In this document: positions 28,767-33,099 of the stretch, piece after piece
Position numbering within the stretch: the stretch's first letter is position 1
Layout: every line of letters begins with the position of its first letter
UHGV virus genome: UHGV-0076257
DNA: 33,099 nucleotides
Reading direction: 5' to 3' (one strand)
From: a virus
Notes under the pieces: generated by a model
The model's database searches: none
Seen by the model: the letters and a program-made list of their open reading frames with translations, nothing else
What the model was told of the DNA's origin: nothing
Program-made: the position numbers and the translations under genes

Positions 28767-29156
28767 CTAACATTTTCTTTTTACTTTTCCAACAAAAGCT
28801 TTGGTTGAATCCATATTTCCATAACCGGAAATGGTTTTTGACATTAAAACTGTTCCAGTAGGATGTATTACCCATGAGTCGATAACGCGTTGAGTTTCGC
28901 CATTCGCGCCGATTCCTATGATGGAGTTTTTAGACAATGCTTTGTAAGCCATGCCGCCCGCATCTGTCCCAGAATATGTGATGCTGGCATCTTCACCGCT
29001 TGTCTTAATGATGAATGTTCCACTAAAACCATCTTCTTCCGGATGGAAATTATTTCGTTCTGAATAGCTTATTCCGCGCATATCTCCAACGACCCAGCAC
29101 TCTGCTGTAGCCCCAAAAGATATGAATAAGAACATAGCAGCAAGAAATTGCTTCAC
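28767..29156 (-). CDS. Secreted protein with N-terminal signal peptide (129 aa), probable moron
   Basis: Track ORF 28767..29372 trimmed to the GTG at 29156, which lies 3 nt after AAGGAGG; MKQFLAAMFLFISFGATA-EC... is a Sec-type signal peptide; Gly/Ser/Thr-rich mature part. Confidence 0.5.
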   Translation of the reverse strand: MKQFLAAMFLFISFGATAECWVVGDMRGISYSERNNFHPEEDGFSGTFIIKTSGEDASITYSGTDAGGMAYKALSKNSIIGIGANGETQRVIDSWVIHPTGTVLMSKTISGYGNMDSTKAFVGKVKRKC

Positions 29157-29186
29157 ACCAACCTCCTTAGTTTTGCGCAGGATACC

Positions 29187-29552
29187 ATGAAAAAAGTTAA
29201 CATTGGAAACGTACCAAAGATGCTCGTTCCGCTCTTTGAGAGCGGTACAATTGTGTTTTGTAGAGACTTTCCAGAATGGCAACGCCTGCATCAAAAACTT
29301 GGTGTGGACGTGCAGGACTCGGATGCCAACGGAGCGTCTCATACAATGAGCAGCGAGAATGGTGTTTTGCATGTGATAGGCGTGTTCAATGGCAAACTAT
29401 CTACTATTGCCCATGAGTGCGCTCACATGGCATTCGATATCTGCTCAAGGGTAGGTGTTGATGTTGAACCAGGAAGAGCCAACGAGACTTACTGCTACTT
29501 AATGAGCAGGCTTGTTGAGTTCTGCGAGCGACATATCAAAAAGCCGGAGTGA
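29187..29552 (+). CDS. Small HExxH-motif protein (putative zincin-like), 121 aa
   Basis: Track ORF 29148..29552 trimmed to the ATG at 29187, which follows AGGA; contains TIAHECAHMAFD (HExxH). No family confidently recognised. Confidence 0.45.
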   Translation: MKKVNIGNVPKMLVPLFESGTIVFCRDFPEWQRLHQKLGVDVQDSDANGASHTMSSENGVLHVIGVFNGKLSTIAHECAHMAFDICSRVGVDVEPGRANETYCYLMSRLVEFCERHIKKPE

Positions 29553-29564
29553 CCGGCTTGATTA

Positions 29565-29744
29565 TTACTTTTTGCTGTCTGGAGTTCGCTTATCCAATAC
29601 CCAGCCATGACCTGGCTTTGTTGTTGGCGGAAGCCTTTCGTTGTCCTTGACGGTGGCAAAATTGTCTTTCTTACCGCCGCGTGGGCCAACTTCTTGGTAT
29701 ATTCCGCCGTTTTTTCCTGTGTTTTCACCTGGTTTTTTCGCCAT
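29565..29744 (-). CDS. Hypothetical small basic protein (59 aa)
   Basis: Track ORF 29565..29759 trimmed to the Met at 29744, which follows GAGGT; MAKKPGENTGKNGGIYQEVGPRGGKKDNF..., Gly/Lys/Pro-rich. Confidence 0.4.
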   Translation of the reverse strand: MAKKPGENTGKNGGIYQEVGPRGGKKDNFATVKDNERLPPTTKPGHGWVLDKRTPDSKK

Positions 29745-29833
29745 GATATACCTCAACATACACCCGTTATTGGGCGATTAAATATTGATCTCATTTTATG
29801 AGTAGTCAATATGGTCCAAAAAAGGCAAAAATT

Positions 29834-29856
29834 AACCCACCGTCAGGTGGGTTTTT
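29834..29856. terminator. Bidirectional terminator-like hairpin at the 3' end of the mnt-like gene
   Basis: AACCCACC-GTCA-GGTGGGTT flanked by an A-run on one side and TTTTTTG on the other; overlaps the last codons of the minus-strand RHH gene. Confidence 0.5.
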
Positions 29857-30217
29857 TGTTGTCATCACCAAGATATTTCTGCTTATATTCCTCTGAAAGA
29901 GGAATTGATCTTTCAACCATGCTAATAAGTTTATCTACTTGTTTTTTCTGTTTTTCTATGATTTCTAAAAGTTGAGGTATAAGTTTTTCATGCTCGATTT
30001 TATCATATTTTCTGTTTATCGCATCTAGTTGTTCTTTAAACTGCTGAACGATAGGACCATCCTCCGGCCCAAAATCACGACAAACACGAATCGCCAACTC
30101 AAGCAGAGTGACAATCTCAGCATTCATAGAACGATTATTTTGTTTTGATGACGCTTCAATTATTTTTTTTAATTCAACAGGAAGCCTAATCCGAAGTTGA
30201 GGGTCTTCTCTACTCAT
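29843..30217 (-). CDS. Ribbon-helix-helix repressor, Mnt/Arc family, with C-terminal extension (124 aa)
   Basis: N-terminal LRIRLPVELKKIIEASSKQNNRSMNAEIVTLLE fits the RHH beta-strand plus helix pattern (compare P22 Mnt ...NGRSMNSELL...); divergent from the arc/ant operon. Confidence 0.65.
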   Translation of the reverse strand: MSREDPQLRIRLPVELKKIIEASSKQNNRSMNAEIVTLLELAIRVCRDFGPEDGPIVQQFKEQLDAINRKYDKIEHEKLIPQLLEIIEKQKKQVDKLISMVERSIPLSEEYKQKYLGDDNKKPT

Positions 30218-30260
30218 ACCATTAGTCCAAACAGGAAAAATTCACAATAAGTAAATTATG

Positions 30261-30323
30261 CCCCACGGTGGGGTTGACTTCAATGACGCACGGTGTGACA
30301 ATTTCAATTGCCCCACAGTGGGG
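30261..30323 (+). promoter_or_regulatory. Pant-like promoter flanked by two palindromic operators
   Basis: CCCCACGGTGGGG at 30261-30273 and CCCCACAGTGGGG at 30311-30323 bracket -35 TTGACT (30274-30279) and -10 GACAAT (30297-30302) with a 17-bp spacer that itself contains CACGGTG. Confidence 0.6.
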
Positions 30324-30340
30324 CTATTTAAGGAGTGGAG

Positions 30341-30508
30341 ATGGAAAAAGCAAAAGACATGTATCAACGCAAGGTTCGTTTCCCAGAGGATGTAAGGAAG
30401 GCGATTGAAAGAAATGGAGAAAAAGAGTGTCGACAGTTCAACACGGAACTTATTTATCAATTGAGAAAAGTGTACGGACTGATTGGAGAGAAGAATGCTA
30501 GGACATAA
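30341..30508 (+). CDS. arc: Arc-like RHH repressor (55 aa)
   Basis: Hand translation MEKAKDMYQRKVRFPEDVRKAIERNGEKECRQFNTELIYQLRKVYGLIGEKNART; GGAG ribosome-binding site; first gene of the ant operon. Below the ORF-track cutoff. Confidence 0.55.
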   Translation: MEKAKDMYQRKVRFPEDVRKAIERNGEKECRQFNTELIYQLRKVYGLIGEKNART

Positions 30509-30581
30509 AAATAGTGAAGCCCGGCAGTGCGCGAACACAAACCGGGCCTCTATGTCAGTAACCGTATGCAAGGAAACTAAC

Positions 30582-31208
30582 ATGAATATTGTAGCAAAAT
30601 CAGATTACAACTTCCACGGAGTTGAGTTGGTGCCCACCCGTGATATGCATGGTGTTTGGTTTACATCATCTAATATTGCATCTGCACTTAAATACGCAAA
30701 TAGTCGTGCAGTAACAATGATTTATAACAAGTATAGCGATGAGTTTAGCGCCGGAATGACTCAGGTACTCGAAGTGAGTACCTCAGGAAATTATCGCAAA
30801 AAAGTGCGAGTTTTCTCACTACGCGGTGCCCACCTAATCGCGATGTTTGCTCGCACTCCGGTAGCCAAAGAGTTCCGCCGCTGGGTGCTGGATATTTTGG
30901 ATCGGCAGGCAGAATGCTCACCGATTGCAAAACAGTTTACTGACGAAGAACTGGTTAATCTCTGCTACTTACAATTGTGGATGGAGAAGAGTCAACAAAT
31001 GTGCAAACACATCTACCCAGGAATGAAGCAAATTTGTTCTGAGCTTTCAGGAAGGATTTACGATATCGCATATGAGACTCGCTATATGTCAGAAGAAACC
31101 AAGAAATCACTTCTTCGTGAAATGAAGAATCTTGATACCAACAATTTTGTCGTAAAGAACGCTCAGCCAATGCTGGCAAAACTGCGCGGCGAGGAATGGA
31201 TTCATTGA
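30582..31208 (+). CDS. ant: Antirepressor, Bro-N/AntA-type N-terminal domain
   Basis: Track ORF 30483..31208 trimmed to the ATG at 30582, which follows AGGAAA; the RVFSLRGAHLIAMFARTPVAKEFRRWVLDIL segment fits the Bro-N pattern. Confidence 0.72.
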   Translation: MNIVAKSDYNFHGVELVPTRDMHGVWFTSSNIASALKYANSRAVTMIYNKYSDEFSAGMTQVLEVSTSGNYRKKVRVFSLRGAHLIAMFARTPVAKEFRRWVLDILDRQAECSPIAKQFTDEELVNLCYLQLWMEKSQQMCKHIYPGMKQICSELSGRIYDIAYETRYMSEETKKSLLREMKNLDTNNFVVKNAQPMLAKLRGEEWIH

Positions 31209-31296
31209 TTGGTGCGCCGGACGGCGCAAAAAGAAAACCGCCAGTGTGCTGCTGGCGGCCTATGTCACACCCTTACTACCACATAAGGAATGCCTA

Positions 31297-32025
31297 ATGA
31301 CTTTTAAGAATGTAGCAAACATCGGATCCGTTGTCACGGATAAAACCATTGACAGCCAGCGCCTGCTTGAGATGGTAAATCAGGCTCGTAGACAGTGCGG
31401 TGAGCCGGAGGTTCGTAATAACAAATTCATCGAGAAAATTGAAGATGAATTGGATGGAGAGCACTACACAAAAAGTGTAGTGCAAAAAGCGAACAAAACT
31501 TCGATGGTTATCATTGAGATGTCAATCAAGCAAGCATTGCGAGTTGCCGCTCGCGAGTCAAAAGCCGTTCGCCGCTCACTGGTAGACCAACTTGAAAGTA
31601 TGCAAGAAGCGCACATTAAAAGCGGTAAATCAGCGAGTGGACTTGTTGAGTATCGTCAAGCGCGAACATTGAAAATGACGGTTGAAGCTGTTACCAATCT
31701 GTTCGATCTGATGCCAAATCTTGCGCCTGAGGCAAAGCAGACAGCGGCAGCAAGTATAATCAACCCGCTTGTTGGTTTTAATGCAATACCTCTTCCGGCA
31801 ATAGAAGAGCATTACTACTCAGCAGGGGAGGTTGCAGAGCAGCTTGGAGTAACGGCCAACAAGATTGGTCGCATTGCTAACGCAAACAACCTCAAAACTG
31901 AGCAGTACGGGAAGTTCTTCCTGGATAAATCGGCGCATTCCAGCAAACAGGTAGAGGCGTTCCGTTACAATTCTGAAGGCGTTAAAGCACTACAACACCT
32001 GCTACATGGCTCAAATGTGGCGTAA
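31297..32025 (+). CDS. Hypothetical protein in the ant operon (possible antirepressor C-terminal-type module), 242 aa
   Basis: Track ORF 31246..32025 trimmed to the ATG at 31297, which follows AAGGAA; co-oriented with ant and followed by a terminator; family not confidently recognised. Confidence 0.5.
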   Translation: MTFKNVANIGSVVTDKTIDSQRLLEMVNQARRQCGEPEVRNNKFIEKIEDELDGEHYTKSVVQKANKTSMVIIEMSIKQALRVAARESKAVRRSLVDQLESMQEAHIKSGKSASGLVEYRQARTLKMTVEAVTNLFDLMPNLAPEAKQTAAASIINPLVGFNAIPLPAIEEHYYSAGEVAEQLGVTANKIGRIANANNLKTEQYGKFFLDKSAHSSKQVEAFRYNSEGVKALQHLLHGSNVA

Positions 32026-32043
32026 CATTTTATAATGAAAACT

Positions 32044-32068
32044 AAACCCGCTTAATCGCGGGTTTTTT
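32044..32068. terminator. Bidirectional intrinsic terminator between the ant operon and the second RHH gene
   Basis: AAACCCGC-TTAAT-CGCGGGTTT hairpin followed by TTTTCT; overlaps the stop of the minus-strand gene. Confidence 0.55.
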
Positions 32069-32309
32069 CTTTCCTTAGAATTTCAGCCGCAACTTCTTTT
32101 ACTCGTTCCGAGATTAATGAGGCCAGCCTCTCTTCTTCATCACGATACCCGCTTACAGGTGATGGTTTGGAGAGTGATTCTTCCATCGTAGCCACAATTT
32201 CGGAATTGATAGACCTGTTATTCATTTTTGCACGCTGCTTAATCTTAGCGTGCAACTCGTGTGTAAGCCTCAAGTGGAACTGCGCCTCATCGTATTTGCT
32301 GTACATCAT
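32052..32309 (-). CDS. mnt: Mnt-type RHH repressor (85 aa)
   Basis: Track ORF 32052..32705 trimmed to the internal Met (MMYSKYDEAQFHLRLTHELHAKIKQRAKMNNRSINSEIVATMEESLSKPSPVSGYRDEEERLA...), which closely resembles P22 Mnt (...NGRSMNSELLQIVQDALSKPSPVTGYRNDAERLA...). Confidence 0.72.
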   Translation of the reverse strand: MMYSKYDEAQFHLRLTHELHAKIKQRAKMNNRSINSEIVATMEESLSKPSPVSGYRDEEERLASLISERVKEVAAEILRKEKTRD

Positions 32310-32441
32310 CAATGCCTCACCAAATGGGTGGAATGGCATCGTAAAACCTACTGTACAAATCAACAATCGTACCGTTTCGGTATGTAATAAATGCCAACCG
32401 TAGCCATGCTGCGGCGATTCCTTGTATCTGGAGCAAATTAA

Positions 32442-33099
32442 ATGACAGACATTACAGCCAATGTTGTAGTAAGTATGCCTTCGCAACTCTTCACTATGGC
32501 TCGTTCTTTTAAAGCCGTAGCCAATGGCAAAATTTATATCGGTAAAATTGACACTGACCCTGTAAATCCTGAAAACCAGATTCAGGTTTATGTAGAGAAC
32601 GAAGACGGTTCTCACATTCCTGTTTCGCAACCAATAATCATTAACGCTGCTGGATATCCGGTATATAACGGACAGATTGCCAAATTCGTAACCGTGCAAG
32701 GCCATTCTATGGCTGTTTATGATGCGTATGGTACACAGCAGTTCTATTTTCCTAATGTGCTGAAGTATGATCCTGATCAGTTACGGCAGCAATTAGAAGA
32801 CCCAGATGGAGCGAATAAATACCCAAAACTTCAGATAGCAAGATGGAGAGACAGTTATGATGTAAGAGGTTGGGGGGCTATTGGTGATGGTGTTCATGAT
32901 GATACATCAGCTCTATCAGAATTACTTTCTGTTGCAACAGGTGGTGAAAAGATAGATGGGCGAGGGCTTACTTTTAAAGTATCAACTCTTCCAGATGTCA
33001 GTCGATTTAAAAATGCTCGTTTTTTATTTGAGAGAATACCGGGCCAGCCTCTTTTTTATGCTTCTGAAGATTTTATCCAGGGAGAGTTATTTAAAATTA
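32442..33099 (+). CDS. Tailspike protein, 5' partial (P22 gp9-type head-binding domain fused to a different receptor-binding domain)
   Basis: [43 protein letters not shown]... matches the conserved P22-like tailspike N-terminal domain up to ...NVLKYDPDQ; what follows ([15 protein letters not shown]) looks like a pectate-lyase-type beta-helix start. Runs off the window end. Confidence 0.85.
   Translation, partial: MTDITANVVVSMPSQLFTMARSFKAVANGKIYIGKIDTDPVNPENQIQVYVENEDGSHIPVSQPIIINAAGYPVYNGQIAKFVTVQGHSMAVYDAYGTQQFYFPNVLKYDPDQLRQQLEDPDGANKYPKLQIARWRDSYDVRGWGAIGDGVHDDTSALSELLSVATGGEKIDGRGLTFKVSTLPDVSRFKNARFLFERIPGQPLFYASEDFIQGELFKI

Noticed and set aside
30242-30583. Minus-strand 113-aa track ORF across Pant and arc
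   Set aside because: It is antisense to the operator/promoter and to the arc-like gene; the plus-strand arc ORF has the ribosome-binding site and RHH features.
32310-32705. Upstream 132-codon extension of the second mnt-like ORF
   Set aside because: The extension is antisense to the tailspike start and its upstream region; the Mnt homology begins at the internal Met at 32309.
1-33099. Search for tRNA genes, integrase and att sites
   Set aside because: No cloverleaf-like sequence or tyrosine-recombinase ORF was evident; the integration module is presumably left of the window. This was an eye scan only, and a tRNA scan tool would be needed to be certain.

Overview
This window is almost entirely a P22-like (Lederbergvirus-type) temperate phage or prophage of Enterobacteriaceae, running from the early-left recombination genes to the start of the tailspike. 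It is a mosaic: the immunity core (c2 repressor, cro, c1) is essentially P22, whereas N, the nut sites, the nin region, Q, the late promoter and the S/R/Rz/Rz1 lysis cassette are lambda-like; packaging and head genes look Sf6-like, and the tail/ejection genes and the mnt/arc/ant immI region are P22-like. Gene order, minus strand first: partial ea-type gene, small ORFs, Gp157-like, RecT, kil, cIII, an unrecognised 207-aa gene, N, nutL, PL/OL, c2; then plus strand: OR/PR, cro, nutR, c1, replication initiator with internal iterons, DnaB-type helicase, nin genes (NinB, NinF, RusA, NinH), Q, PR', lysis cassette, a KilA-N protein, small and large terminase, portal, scaffold, coat, gp4/gp10/gp26/gp14/gp7/gp20/gp16 homologues, the immI region and a 5' partial tailspike. 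I saw no tRNA, rRNA, CRISPR array, integrase or attachment site. The best candidates for undescribed biology are three accessory slots: the unrecognised gene between N and cIII, the three small genes between gp16 and mnt (the sieA position in P22), and the immI region with two RHH repressors. All family assignments are from memory of protein sequences and motifs, not from database searches, and coordinates of small genes (kil, cIII, arc, several start sites) were derived by hand.
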